The notes below the pieces were generated by a model. It ran no database searches, was not told the origin of the DNA, and worked only from the letters and a program-made list of their open reading frames with translations. From Nibricoccus sp. (lineage in GTDB: Bacteria; Verrucomicrobiota; Verrucomicrobiia; Opitutales; Opitutaceae), in contig JASGHG010000001.1 of NCBI GenBank assembly GCA_047602425.1, forward strand, positions 224,001-288,000: DNA of 64,000 nt, given 5' to 3'. Positions within the stretch are counted from its first letter, which is position 1, and each line of letters begins with the position of its first letter. Positions 1-9,803 of this stretch are shown here, in pieces. The position numbers and the translations under genes are program-made.

Positions 1-1205
1 GCATCGTCCGCCATCTCGACGACCAGTGCATCGGTTGCCAGTACTGCGTGCTCAAGTGCCCGTACGACGTTCCCAAATACAACGACCGTCTCGGCATCGT
101 CCGCAAATGCGACATGTGCCACAACCGCCTCGCCGTCGGTGAAGCTCCGGCCTGCGTGCAGGCCTGCCCCACGCACGCGATCAAGATCGTCACGGTCACG
201 ACGCACGTCAGGACCAACATAAAATTCGATACTTCGAAATTTCTGCCCGGCGCGCCGTCCCCCGACTACACACAGCCCACCACGCGCTACATTTCGAAAA
301 GACCGCTGCCCGCCGAAGTGATTGCCGCCGACGCCGCCACGCTCCGCCCCCAGCATCCGCACTGGCCACTCGTGTTCATGCTCACGTTCATGCCGATGGC
401 GGTCGGTTGCTTTAGTCTCTCTACTTTCTTCCCCGCATGTTCCACTGTGCTCGCGTTAACCGGCTGGCTCGCCGGCGCGGCCGGTCTGTTCACGAGCGTT
501 TTCCATTTGGGCAAGCCGCTCCGCGCCTGGCGCGTTTTCCTCGGCCTGCGCACCTCCTGGCTCTCCCGCGAAGCCGTTATCTTTGGCGCCTGGTTTGGCC
601 TCGCCACCGTCGCCGCCGCACTCTCACTCGCAGCGCTTCTCCCCACTGACACCATCCCAACTTTCGCCGCTCCGATCTACTCGCTCCTCGCTCCCCATTC
701 CGCGCTCCTGACGCTCGTCACAGCCGCCGTCGGCCTCGTCGGCATCTTCTGCTCGTCGATGATCTACATCGATACCCGTCGCGAACTCTGGCGCGCCTCG
801 CAGACGCTTCCGCGTTTCTTCGGCACGGGTCTCGTACTCGGTTTCGCGACACTCGTCGCCGCTTCGCCGACTATCCCGCACATTTTCGTGCTGCTTGCGA
901 CAATCCTTCTCAAGCTCTCCGTCGAGGCCCGCGTCCTGCGGCCGCTCGATGAGGACGACGAGACTCCCACCGCCGCTCGCAAAACCGCGCAGATGCTCGC
1001 CGGTCCACTTCGCGTCGTCCACGGCTTGCGCATCGTCAGCGCCCTTGCCGCTACGCCCCTCGCTTTGCTCGTGAGCTATGGCCAGTTGCCCGCAGTTTTT
1101 TCGTGGGCCATTCTGCCTCTCCTTATCGCCAGCGAATTGGCCGAGCGCTACCTTTACTTCCGTGCCGTCGTCGCCCCCAAAATGCCCGGCGTCATCGCCA
1201 AATAA
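1..1205 (+). CDS. 4Fe-4S dicluster (DmsB/NrfC-like) fused to DmsC/YnfH-family membrane anchor; 5'-truncated by window edge
   Basis: Frame is open from position 3 ([21 protein letters not shown]...KCDMC...PACVQACP). It continues into [20 protein letters not shown]...LRTSWLSRE, multiple TM helices and ELAERYLYF, typical of DmsC anchors. Confidence 0.85.
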   Translation, partial: IVRHLDDQCIGCQYCVLKCPYDVPKYNDRLGIVRKCDMCHNRLAVGEAPACVQACPTHAIKIVTVTTHVRTNIKFDTSKFLPGAPSPDYTQPTTRYISKRPLPAEVIAADAATLRPQHPHWPLVFMLTFMPMAVGCFSLSTFFPACSTVLALTGWLAGAAGLFTSVFHLGKPLRAWRVFLGLRTSWLSREAVIFGAWFGLATVAAALSLAALLPTDTIPTFAAPIYSLLAPHSALLTLVTAAVGLVGIFCSSMIYIDTRRELWRASQTLPRFFGTGLVLGFATLVAASPTIPHIFVLLATILLKLSVEARVLRPLDEDDETPTAARKTAQMLAGPLRVVHGLRIVSALAATPLALLVSYGQLPAVFSWAILPLLIASELAERYLYFRAVVAPKMPGVIAK

Positions 1206-1221
1206 TTTTCCCTCTCGCACT

Positions 1222-3483
1222 ATGTTCCCCCAGATTGACGACCTTCTTCATGCCCGCCAGGGTCCGATGACGAGCGAGCTCGTGCTTCGTCCCGGCGATT
1301 TCGGCCTCGGTCGCATTCCCGCCCGGCTCAAGCCCGCCGCGACGACCGACATGGTCTGCGGTTTTTGCAGCACCGGTTGTTCGCTCAAGATTCACCTCAA
1401 CGAACGCGGCGAGGCTATCAATCTCACCACCAATCCCAATTATCCCGTCAATCGCGGCATGGCTTGCCCAAAAGGTTGGGAAGCCCTCACGCCGCTCGCC
1501 GCGCCCGACCGCGCCACCACGCCGCTTCTACGAAATCCCGCCACCGGCAAACTCGAACCGGTCGATTGGCCCACCGCCCTCGCCGCGATGGTGAAAAACT
1601 TCAAAGGCATTCAGGAACGTCACGGTAAAACATCCCTCTCCTTCCTCAGCACCGGCCAGATTGTGATGGAGGAAATGGCCCTCCTTGGCGCTCTCGCGAA
1701 GTTCGGCATGGGCATGCTCCACGTCGATTCCAACACGCGTCAGTGCATGGCCACCTCGCACGTTGCCTACAAGCAGTCGTTCGGCTTCGACGCGCCTCCC
1801 TTCACCTACAAAGACTTTGAGGAGAGCGATGCTCTTATCTTTATCGGGGCCAACCCGTGCATCGCCCACCCGATCATGTGGCAGCGCGTGATGATGAACA
1901 AACGCAATCCCGAGATCGTCGTCATCGACCCGCGCCGCACCGAGACGGCCATGGTCGCCAAGATGCACCTGCCAATCAAACCGAAGAGCGACCTCGTTCT
2001 CCTTTACGGTCTCGCGAATCTGCTCATCGAACGCGGCGCGGTGAAACAGGACTTCATTGACGCCCACACAACGAACTTCGCGGAGTTCGCCACCTTCGCG
2101 AGACAGTTCACTTTGGAGCGCACCTCCGCCGAGTCTGGTATCGACGTCGCCACGCTCAAACGTCTCGCCGAGATCATCGCCACGCGCGAACGCGTTTCCT
2201 TTTGGTGGACAATGGGCGTTAACCAGGGCCACGAATCCACCCGCACTGCGCAGGCCATCATTAATCTCGCGCTGATGACCGGCAACATCGGCCGCCCCGG
2301 CACCGGCGCCAACTCCATCACCGGCCAATGCAACGCCATGGGTTCGCGCCTCTTTGGCAACGCCACGTCGTTGCTCGGTGGATACGATTTTACCAAGGCC
2401 GAGCACCGGGCTCATGTCGCCAAAACTCTCGGTATCGACAACGCCCTCATCCCCGACCGTGGCAGCCTCGCCTATGACCAGATCATCGACGGCATCGACA
2501 AGGGCGATATCCGCGGCCTCTGGGTCATCGCCACCAACACCGCCCACTCGTGGGTGAACCAGAAAAAATTTCCCGAGCTGCGCAAAAAACTCGATTTTCT
2601 CGTCGTGCAGGACATGTACACCACGACCGAAACCGCGCGCCTCGCCGACCTCGTCCTACCCGCCGCCGGCTGGGGCGAAAAGGAGGGCGTCCTCATCAAC
2701 TCCGAACGCCGCCTCGGCATCGTGAAAAAAGTTTGCCGTGCACCCGGCCAGGCCCTCAGCGATTTCGCCATCTTCAAACTCGTCGCCGAAGCCTGGGGTT
2801 GCGGCCACCTCTTCAAGAAATGGTCTTCGCCCGAGGCCACGTTTCAGATTCTCAAGGAACTCTCCCGCGGCCAGCCATGCGACTTTACCGGCATCAGCAG
2901 CTACGAACACCTCGACCGCGCCGGCGGCATCCAGTGGCCGTTTACCGACAAAGACGCCATTGCTCCGACGCCCGCCTCCCCGTCTTCAACTTCCACTTCC
3001 ACACCTAAATCAACCTCCGCTCATACCTCGCGGGAGCGGAGGCTCTTCGCCGACGGAAAATTTTTCACGCCCGACCACCGCGCGAAGTTTCTCTTCGATT
3101 CGCCGCGCCCCATGCCCGAGTTGCCCGATGCCGAGTACCCGATGCTCCTCCTCACCGGCCGAGGTTCGTCCGCGCAGTGGCACACCGGCTCGCGCACCGA
3201 CAAAAGCGACGTCCTCCGCAAACTCGCCCCGCGCGAACTCTACGTGGAGATCAATCCCATCGATGCCGACCGCCTTCGAATTTCCCCCAACGAACTGGTT
3301 CGAATCCGGTCCCGTCGCGGCGAAACCGATGCCCTCGCGCTCATCACCAGCACCGTGCAGCCCGGCCAAGTGTACCTGCCGATGCATTTCGACACCGTCA
3401 ACTGCCTGACCTTCCCCGCCTTCGATCCCCACTCCCGGCAGCCCAGTTACAAAGCCTGCGCCGTCAAAGTCACACGCCGATAG
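1222..3483 (+). CDS. nasA: Assimilatory-type (Nas/NarB-like) nitrate reductase catalytic subunit, Mo-bisPGD
   Basis: CGFCSTGC...CPKG 4Fe-4S motif, NTRQCMA Mo-ligand Cys, [39 protein letters not shown]. No Tat signal. ATG at 1222 chosen over the ORF-track start at 1078. Confidence 0.85.
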   Translation: MFPQIDDLLHARQGPMTSELVLRPGDFGLGRIPARLKPAATTDMVCGFCSTGCSLKIHLNERGEAINLTTNPNYPVNRGMACPKGWEALTPLAAPDRATTPLLRNPATGKLEPVDWPTALAAMVKNFKGIQERHGKTSLSFLSTGQIVMEEMALLGALAKFGMGMLHVDSNTRQCMATSHVAYKQSFGFDAPPFTYKDFEESDALIFIGANPCIAHPIMWQRVMMNKRNPEIVVIDPRRTETAMVAKMHLPIKPKSDLVLLYGLANLLIERGAVKQDFIDAHTTNFAEFATFARQFTLERTSAESGIDVATLKRLAEIIATRERVSFWWTMGVNQGHESTRTAQAIINLALMTGNIGRPGTGANSITGQCNAMGSRLFGNATSLLGGYDFTKAEHRAHVAKTLGIDNALIPDRGSLAYDQIIDGIDKGDIRGLWVIATNTAHSWVNQKKFPELRKKLDFLVVQDMYTTTETARLADLVLPAAGWGEKEGVLINSERRLGIVKKVCRAPGQALSDFAIFKLVAEAWGCGHLFKKWSSPEATFQILKELSRGQPCDFTGISSYEHLDRAGGIQWPFTDKDAIAPTPASPSSTSTSTPKSTSAHTSRERRLFADGKFFTPDHRAKFLFDSPRPMPELPDAEYPMLLLTGRGSSAQWHTGSRTDKSDVLRKLAPRELYVEINPIDADRLRISPNELVRIRSRRGETDALALITSTVQPGQVYLPMHFDTVNCLTFPAFDPHSRQPSYKACAVKVTRR

Positions 3484-3574
3484 CAGCGATTTCACGCTGG
3501 ATTTCGGCATCAATCTTAAACCCGCCAAGATCGCCATCTTGGCATCTTGGTTTTGGGATCCGTGATATTTCCGC

Positions 3575-4156
3575 TCAGCGGCAATCCTCGGGCGAATTCC
3601 AATTGGCGAAGAAACGACGTTCGGCGGCACTCACGGTGCGCAGCCGCACGAGTTTTTTCTGCTCCAGCTTTCGAACCAATCGTTGCAGCGAAAACTCGCG
3701 GGCCTGGATCGCCGCTATCACTTCCGCCGCCGCTTCTTTTGGGTAAACCGCCGCCAACGGTTCAGCCGAACCATCGATCACCGGGACAATTCCGCAACCA
3801 GATTCTGCGTCTGCCGTAAGGGCACTAAGATAGGCTGGCGTCATCGTCGGCATGTCAACGGCCAGCACAAGGCACAGCGGTAGTTGCAATTCCACGAAAC
3901 AAGCCGCCAGTCCGCCCATCGGCCCACAATCTTTCTGCAGATCCGAAATCTCCCGCGCACCGGGCAAACCGTATTTTTTCCCCGCGCCGACAGACAAAAA
4001 TACGTCGGTCGCGCCAGCTACCCACAATGTCTCGAACGCCCGTTCCAACAACGTGCGTCCGTCCTCCAGCGTCAGCAACGCCTTGTCGCGGCCCATGCGC
4101 GTCGAGCGGCCGCCGGCCATCATGACGCCAGTAAAGGCGATTTTGGCGTCACTCAC
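3575..4156 (-). CDS. mobA: Molybdenum cofactor guanylyltransferase
   Basis: MAGGRSTRMGRDKALL, GPMGGL, LAVDMP, EPLAAVY, FANWNSPED. GTG start at 4156 overlaps the upstream stop. Confidence 0.92.
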   Translation of the reverse strand: MSDAKIAFTGVMMAGGRSTRMGRDKALLTLEDGRTLLERAFETLWVAGATDVFLSVGAGKKYGLPGAREISDLQKDCGPMGGLAACFVELQLPLCLVLAVDMPTMTPAYLSALTADAESGCGIVPVIDGSAEPLAAVYPKEAAAEVIAAIQAREFSLQRLVRKLEQKKLVRLRTVSAAERRFFANWNSPEDCR

Positions 4157-4607
4157 GGCGCAGCACTCCGTCCGTGACGATTTTGCAGCGCAGGCCACCG
4201 CGGCCTTTCAACCACTCCTCGGCGCCAGAACCAACCGCTTGATCCATCCAATGACACGGTTTGCATTCGCCCGTGCCTTCAAGAGTCACGCCTTGCAGTG
4301 AAAATTGTTTCCCGATCAGCGCATCAAGATCAAGTCCCTCGACAACGATGTTCCGGCGCAGTACCGAGGGAGAAAGCTCCGGTTTGCCCTGCGACTGACG
4401 CAGCGCGTCGAACGTTTCCCAGGAAAACAGCGTGAGTTGCCCTTTGTAGTCTTCCTTGAAATCGAAAAATCGGTCCCCGCGGAGCCCGCGTCCCGCAACA
4501 CACTCGACCGAATCGACCTCGACAATGGCGTGCTCGCCCGCCGGCTGGCCGTGATGGCCAAAGTAATTATGACCGGGCGATATGAAGATGTGCCGAATGC
4601 ACGACAT
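4149..4607 (-). CDS. MOSC domain protein (Moco sulfur-carrier-like)
   Basis: GRGLRGDRF, QLTL, LRRNIVVEG, GECKPCHWM, GRGGLRCKI. Start at ATG 4607 (4637 possible). Confidence 0.85.
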   Translation of the reverse strand: MSCIRHIFISPGHNYFGHHGQPAGEHAIVEVDSVECVAGRGLRGDRFFDFKEDYKGQLTLFSWETFDALRQSQGKPELSPSVLRRNIVVEGLDLDALIGKQFSLQGVTLEGTGECKPCHWMDQAVGSGAEEWLKGRGGLRCKIVTDGVLRRE

Positions 4608-4633
4608 GGACCGATAACGTTGTGGGATTTTTC

Positions 4634-4960
4634 TCAACCCGCAACCCCGGAGCCCATCGCTTCATCAAGTGAAATGCGAACCAACCGCACGCCTCCCGAC
4701 GTCGCGAGCAAGGTGTCGCACCATTCCTGGTTTTCGTAACGGTAGCGCACCTGTACGCCGCGAAACGCACCCGATGCAAGCCCTGTCCGAGCCGCCTCAA
4801 GATCGATTCCGCGATCGGACGCATACGCTTGCGGCCCGCCTTTCGGGAGCACTGCGAGAAGCTGCGTGCACTGGGCGAGATCGCGAAAGAGCGCCTCCAG
4901 CGTCGGAGCGTCGAGCACGGTTTGTTGTAGCGCTGGCAACTTCGGCGCGGGCTCAGACAT
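4634..4960 (-). CDS. Hypothetical protein within nap operon
   Basis: 108-aa ORF with strong SD (GGAGGAGG) before ATG 4960. Overlaps the upstream gene's stop and is co-oriented with the operon. Confidence 0.7.
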   Translation of the reverse strand: MSEPAPKLPALQQTVLDAPTLEALFRDLAQCTQLLAVLPKGGPQAYASDRGIDLEAARTGLASGAFRGVQVRYRYENQEWCDTLLATSGGVRLVRISLDEAMGSGVAG

Positions 4961-5393
4961 AGGAACCTCCTCCTCCCGCCAAATGTGGAAATGGCGACGA
5001 CGCACTCGAATTCGAACTATCTACTACCGCCAGTTTCATGCCAGGCGGACGCGGCACGAGTCGAATCGCGTTGTCCGGAGCCGGGCAAACCTCATGGCAA
5101 ACACGACAACCCGTACAAGCATCAGCCACGACACGAGGCAAGCCGTGTTCCATTTTGATCGCTCCATTGACGGGACAGCGCTCGAAGCAAATAGAACAAC
5201 CCGGGCCTTGATATGCCAGGCAGTGCCGACCGGCAATCACCGCAATCTGGGCTCGCGGTTCTGTAACCGTATTTTCACTACTCGATGACTCCGGAACCTT
5301 CGCGTTCGGAATCGCCGCCTGTTGAAAAGGTCGGAAAAACCGACTGAACATTTCGCGACGAGTAAGTGGTTTGCCGTGTTGCTGCGCAGCCAT
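4953..5393 (-). CDS. NapF/NapG-like 4Fe-4S ferredoxin (two clusters)
   Basis: N-terminal TRREMF, CLAYQGPGCSICFERCP and CTGCRVCHEVCP. Start at 5393 or 5423. Confidence 0.8.
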   Translation of the reverse strand: MAAQQHGKPLTRREMFSRFFRPFQQAAIPNAKVPESSSSENTVTEPRAQIAVIAGRHCLAYQGPGCSICFERCPVNGAIKMEHGLPRVVADACTGCRVCHEVCPAPDNAIRLVPRPPGMKLAVVDSSNSSASSPFPHLAGGGGSYV

Positions 5394-5456
5394 GGGCGAA
5401 ACGTGGTCAATTCGGGAGGCCATGCAAATGATACCGGCTGTCCGAGGGCGTTGAGT

Positions 5457-6329
5457 TCAATTGGTGATAGTCGTTTTCCAATCCGCCGCAGGCAATGGAG
5501 GCGGAAGGCCGCTCGCAAGCCGGCTGTCGAGCTCGGCGTTGACCGCATGACATTGTGTGCAGCTCTGCCGGTTCGGATGAGAGGTGCGCAACGCAGCCGT
5601 TCCGCCCGGACCGTGACAGCTCATGCAGTTGTCGCGCATCCAAGTCGTATGCGGCATCGTTGGCGGAGCACCCAAGTAGGCGCGCTTGCCTGGACCGGAC
5701 TGTTCTTTGCCGACAAACTTGTTGCCCTCGGAAAGTGCCTCATGCCGCGCCACCCAAGTACTCGTCGGTCCGACGGAGGAAACATGGCACTGAATGCAAT
5801 TTGTGTACGCCGGATGACTGACCAGCGGCACCTGCTGATTACCGATTTTTGTTGGTTTACCATGGCACTCCATACACGCGGCCGGGGTGAGTTGGTCGAG
5901 TGGGTGCGGCGCAATGGGCGGCGCACCGTCGTACTGGCGGCGGGCGGTGCGCGTGTTTCTGAGTCGGACCAGATCGGTCGTCGAGAGCACGGCCGGGATG
6001 TATTGCGCCTCTGTTTTGGGGCGCGTGAGTGTCGCCAAGTGCACGACCCAGTCCTTGTTCGGGCGGAGCGTGCCGTCCTTAAGATCCGCGTAACGTGGCG
6101 CCACCGGCACGTCCACTTCGGGCAGGGTTGCTTCAGTCGCAACCGGAGTCGCTTTCGCCGTGGATTGCAGCATGTCGGCGGTCGCAAGTTCGGTCTGACG
6201 CAAGCCCATGAAGAATCCGCTCAAGCCGAGCGTCAGCGAGATCAGACTGGCCACAACGGCCAGTTTGCGTCCCGTGCCGGGTTTTGAAGTTTCGGGTTTT
6301 TCGGACATGGCGGTTTCAGACTCAGCCAT
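5457..6329 (-). CDS. napB: NapB-like nitrate reductase cytochrome c subunit with four CxxCH (two tandem NapB-like diheme units) and an N-terminal TM helix
   Basis: APPIAPH..CMECH..SHP..NCIQCH and APPTMPH..NCMSCH..SHP..SCTQCH. Directly downstream of napA. Confidence 0.8.
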   Translation of the reverse strand: MAESETAMSEKPETSKPGTGRKLAVVASLISLTLGLSGFFMGLRQTELATADMLQSTAKATPVATEATLPEVDVPVAPRYADLKDGTLRPNKDWVVHLATLTRPKTEAQYIPAVLSTTDLVRLRNTRTARRQYDGAPPIAPHPLDQLTPAACMECHGKPTKIGNQQVPLVSHPAYTNCIQCHVSSVGPTSTWVARHEALSEGNKFVGKEQSGPGKRAYLGAPPTMPHTTWMRDNCMSCHGPGGTAALRTSHPNRQSCTQCHAVNAELDSRLASGLPPPLPAADWKTTITN

Positions 6330-8757
6330 GAGGAACTGTCTTCTCTGGAACCAGCATGGCGGCCGACTTGCGGTAAACTTTCACGGCGCACTTTTTGTAG
6401 TCTGGTTCTTTGGAGATCGGACATGGTTCACCCAGAGTGACGTCGTTGATCAGCAGGCGCTCATCGAAGAACGGCACAAACACCGTGCCGCGCGGCGGCT
6501 TGGCGCGGCCATTGATCCAGACGGGCAATTCGATCTTGCCGCGACGCGATTCGATCACGGCCATGTCGCCGTTTCCGAGTCCGGCGGCAGCAGCGTCCTG
6601 TGGGTTCATTTCCACATAGGCGTTGGGCATGGCGTTGCGCAACTGGGGCACGCGCATCGTCAACGTGCCGGTGTGCCAATGTTCAAGTACGCGCCCGGTG
6701 CAAAGCCACGTTGGGAAATTCGGATCGGGTTCTTCCGCAGCCGGCTCATAGGGACAAAACCAAATGAGCGCTTTGTCGTCCTTGGTCACCGAATGATAGA
6801 ATTGGATTCCCTTGCCCTTGGCCACAAAGGGGTCGGTCCCTTCGGTGAAACGGAACTTGGTTTCATTCCACGAACCATCCGCCCCCTGCACCACCGGCCA
6901 GCGCAAACCGCGGGCCTTCGCGAGCACGTCGTACGGCGCAAGATGCTTGTGCTTGTAGAAGGAGAAAAGACGGTATTCCTCGTAGAGCGCCTTGTCGACG
7001 TTCACGTCGTAGTAGTGCGAAAAATCCCAAGCCGGCACTTCCGCGCCTTTATCATCTTTGACGGTGAAGATAAAATTGCCGTCGCGATCCTTCATGCCGG
7101 GATGGCCCAGTTCGAAGAGTCGGCGCGCCACCGCGATCGTGATCCACGCATCGGGACGGGCCTGGCCGGGAGGTTCAACCTGTTTGAACCATTGCTGCGT
7201 GCGGCGTTCCGAATTTCCGTAGATGCCGTTTTTTTCCACCCACAGCGCGGCCGGCAAAACGAGATCGGCCAGTTCGGTCGTCGCCGTCGGATAGACTTCC
7301 GAAACGATGAGAAATTTGTCCTCCAAGCCCTGCTTCGCTTTAAAAAGTTTGTGGAGATTCGGGAGCGATTGCCCGGGATTTGTCACCTGAACGATGACCG
7401 TATGGATGTCGCCGCCTTTGTCGGTCGGCGTGCAGAATTTTTCGAACAATTGCACCGTATGATAACCGGGCTTCGGATTGATGCGGCCTTCCGGAAGTTT
7501 CCAGATTTCCTCCGATTCCTTGCGGTGCTCCGCGTTGGCAACAAGACGTCCGCCGGGAAGAAAATGGCACATCGTGCCCACTTCGCGCGCCGTACCGCAG
7601 GCAGACGGTTGCCCCGTGAGCGATGTCGGGGCGTCGCCCGGCCGGCCAAAATGGCCGCTGAGCAAATGAATCGAGTGTACCAGGCGGTTGATCGCCGTGC
7701 CCCGCGTATGCTGGTTCATGCCCATGCACCAAAGGCTGGTGATGCGAATGTCGCGCCTGGCGAAAAGTTCGCCCAACATGCGAATCTTCGCGGCGGAAAC
7801 GCCGGAAATTTTTTCCACAAACTCCGGCGTGTATTCCTCGACCGCCTTCCGATATTCGTCGAACGAAATTGGCTTGCCGAGCAGATCGAGCGGTTTGTTG
7901 TCGCCGCGGAAATTGCAGTATTTTTCGACAAAGGCTTTGTCCCACGCGTCGTTTTTCAGGAGCAGGTGCGCAATGCCATTCGCGATCGCCATGTCACTCT
8001 GCGGACGAAATTCCAGGTACTCGTCTGCAAACTCCGTCGAGCGCGTGCGTCGCGTGCCGATATCGATGATTTGTACCTTCTGCCCTCTGGTTAGGCGATC
8101 GATGATGCGTGAAAACAACACCGGATGCATCTCGGCTGGATTGTTGCCCCACAGAATGATCACGTCCGCCGCATCGAGGTCGTCGTAACAACCGGCCGGT
8201 TCATCCACGCCGTAAACCGAAAGATAACCCGTGACCGCCGAAGCCATGCAAAGGCGCGCATTTGGTTCAATATGATTGTTAGCCAAGCCACCCTTCATGA
8301 ATTTCTGCGCCGCATAACCCTCCGGAATCGTCCACTGGCCGCTGCCGTAAAAGGCGAAGCCTTTCGGATCCTTCAGCACGCGTTTCGCGATGGTGTCGAT
8401 GGCCTCCTCCCACGAAATTGGCTCTAGCTGACCGTTGCGGCGCAACATCGGCGTGGTCAGGCGATCTTTGCCGTAAAGGATGCCACCGACGTGGTAGCCC
8501 TTCACGCAGAGAAGGCCCTTGTTCACCTCCGCGAGCTGCTCGCCCTGAATTGCGACAACACGACCGTCCTTCACGCCTACGCGCACGTGGCAGCCCGTGC
8601 CGCAGAAACGGCAAGGGGCCTTGTCCCACTTGATCCCATCGGGCGTAGTGGTAGCGGGAGCGGAAATACTTTCAACAGCGCCGAGACGCTGGGCGATCAC
8701 CGCGGTGGCGGCGGCCATGGCGGTGTTACGAAGAAATTCGCGTCGATCCATATTCAT
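6322..8757 (-). CDS. napA: Periplasmic nitrate reductase catalytic subunit
   Basis: Tat signal DRREFLR, APCRFCGTGC, ARLCMASAV, SLTGQPSACGTAREVG (NapA signature), TGRVLEHWHTG, ISKEPDYKKCAV. ATG 8757 overlaps the napD stop (ATGA). Confidence 0.95.
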   Translation of the reverse strand: MNMDRREFLRNTAMAAATAVIAQRLGAVESISAPATTTPDGIKWDKAPCRFCGTGCHVRVGVKDGRVVAIQGEQLAEVNKGLLCVKGYHVGGILYGKDRLTTPMLRRNGQLEPISWEEAIDTIAKRVLKDPKGFAFYGSGQWTIPEGYAAQKFMKGGLANNHIEPNARLCMASAVTGYLSVYGVDEPAGCYDDLDAADVIILWGNNPAEMHPVLFSRIIDRLTRGQKVQIIDIGTRRTRSTEFADEYLEFRPQSDMAIANGIAHLLLKNDAWDKAFVEKYCNFRGDNKPLDLLGKPISFDEYRKAVEEYTPEFVEKISGVSAAKIRMLGELFARRDIRITSLWCMGMNQHTRGTAINRLVHSIHLLSGHFGRPGDAPTSLTGQPSACGTAREVGTMCHFLPGGRLVANAEHRKESEEIWKLPEGRINPKPGYHTVQLFEKFCTPTDKGGDIHTVIVQVTNPGQSLPNLHKLFKAKQGLEDKFLIVSEVYPTATTELADLVLPAALWVEKNGIYGNSERRTQQWFKQVEPPGQARPDAWITIAVARRLFELGHPGMKDRDGNFIFTVKDDKGAEVPAWDFSHYYDVNVDKALYEEYRLFSFYKHKHLAPYDVLAKARGLRWPVVQGADGSWNETKFRFTEGTDPFVAKGKGIQFYHSVTKDDKALIWFCPYEPAAEEPDPNFPTWLCTGRVLEHWHTGTLTMRVPQLRNAMPNAYVEMNPQDAAAAGLGNGDMAVIESRRGKIELPVWINGRAKPPRGTVFVPFFDERLLINDVTLGEPCPISKEPDYKKCAVKVYRKSAAMLVPEKTVPHG

Positions 8758-9059
8758 TTTAAAGGGGTCTCTTGAGAAAAATCTCCAGAACATGTTTCCG
8801 CCGCTGCCTCCGGGACAACCTCAACAAAGGTCACATCGACAAAGGCCACACCCGGCAGCGTTTCCAGCCAGGCATGCACTTCGCGAGGGGAACCAGTTTC
8901 AACCACCACGGGCAGCCAGGGACCAAACGCTTCGCCGACCTCAATCTCCGGGCGTGATCGCAAAGCCTCATATACCTCCTCCTGCAATTGAAGCTCATCG
9001 CGCATACGGATCACCAAACTGACAACGACAGGGGTCTGGGGTGTTTCCAACGGGGTCAT
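8754..9059 (-). CDS. napD: NapD-family Tat proofreading chaperone
   Basis: About 100 aa, SLVI...PEIEV...LPVVVET...LPGVAFVDVTF. Immediately upstream of napA. Confidence 0.75.
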   Translation of the reverse strand: MTPLETPQTPVVVSLVIRMRDELQLQEEVYEALRSRPEIEVGEAFGPWLPVVVETGSPREVHAWLETLPGVAFVDVTFVEVVPEAAAETCSGDFSQETPLK

Positions 9060-9090
9060 GACACGACGGTGAATTGAAAAATCGCCCTAC

Positions 9091-9118
9091 TCAAGATTAA
9101 ACTACCGTTTTATCTTGA
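9091..9118. promoter_or_regulatory. 12-4-12 inverted repeat, candidate Rrf2-family operator in the divergent promoter
   Basis: TCAAGATTAAAC-TACC-GTTTTATCTTGA, 11/12 arm match, in the 93-bp gap between divergent napD and cytochrome genes. Confidence 0.7.
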
Positions 9119-9152
9119 TTTATTCGCCAAAGCTTTCGATGCTTTCCGCGCT

Positions 9153-9803
9153 TTGAAGGCCCCACGGATCATTCCTCCCCTACTGGTGCTTGCCGCTGCA
9201 TCCACCGCTCTAGCCTTGTGGCTCCGCGGAACGCCGCCGGCTCCCGCTCCTACTGCTGCCGCCCCTTCCTCCGGCGCGAGCGCCATCGTTCGTCATGCGG
9301 TGACGATCAAGCCCGGCCCCGCTACACCAGTCGTACTCACCAATGCGCTCAACCGCGCCGGCGACCCCGTTCCTGTTTCGTGCTCCACCTGCCATTCCAC
9401 GCGCACGCCAAATGTCGAACGTCGTTCCGCTGCCGAACTCACCGAGTTCCACCAAGGACTCGCTTACAAGCATGGCGATCTTTCCTGCCTTTCCTGTCAC
9501 AATTCCGCCAACTACGATACGCTGCGCAAAGCGGATGCCACGTCCATTCCCTACCCCAATGTCATGGAGCTTTGCGGCCAATGCCACGGCCCGCAGCTTC
9601 GCGATTACCGGGCCGGTGCACATGGCGGCATGAACGGCCATTGGGACCTGACCAAGGGTCCACGGGTACGAAACAACTGTGTCGATTGCCACGATCCCCA
9701 TGCTCCCGCCTATGCCCGCGTAAAACCGGTCTTCGCTCCGGTTGATCGTGGCGCACGCCAGCAAGAACAGCGCGCGGCCAAACATGAGCAAGCCCATGAG
9801 TGA
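9153..9803 (+). CDS. Tetraheme c-type cytochrome with N-terminal signal/anchor
   Basis: CSTCH, CLSCH, CGQCH, CVDCH; hydrophobic N-terminus. Confidence 0.85.
   Translation: MKAPRIIPPLLVLAAASTALALWLRGTPPAPAPTAAAPSSGASAIVRHAVTIKPGPATPVVLTNALNRAGDPVPVSCSTCHSTRTPNVERRSAAELTEFHQGLAYKHGDLSCLSCHNSANYDTLRKADATSIPYPNVMELCGQCHGPQLRDYRAGAHGGMNGHWDLTKGPRVRNNCVDCHDPHAPAYARVKPVFAPVDRGARQQEQRAAKHEQAHE

Noticed and set aside
6208..8094. 628-aa plus-strand ORF
   Set aside because: Antisense shadow of napA in GC-rich DNA; no motifs.
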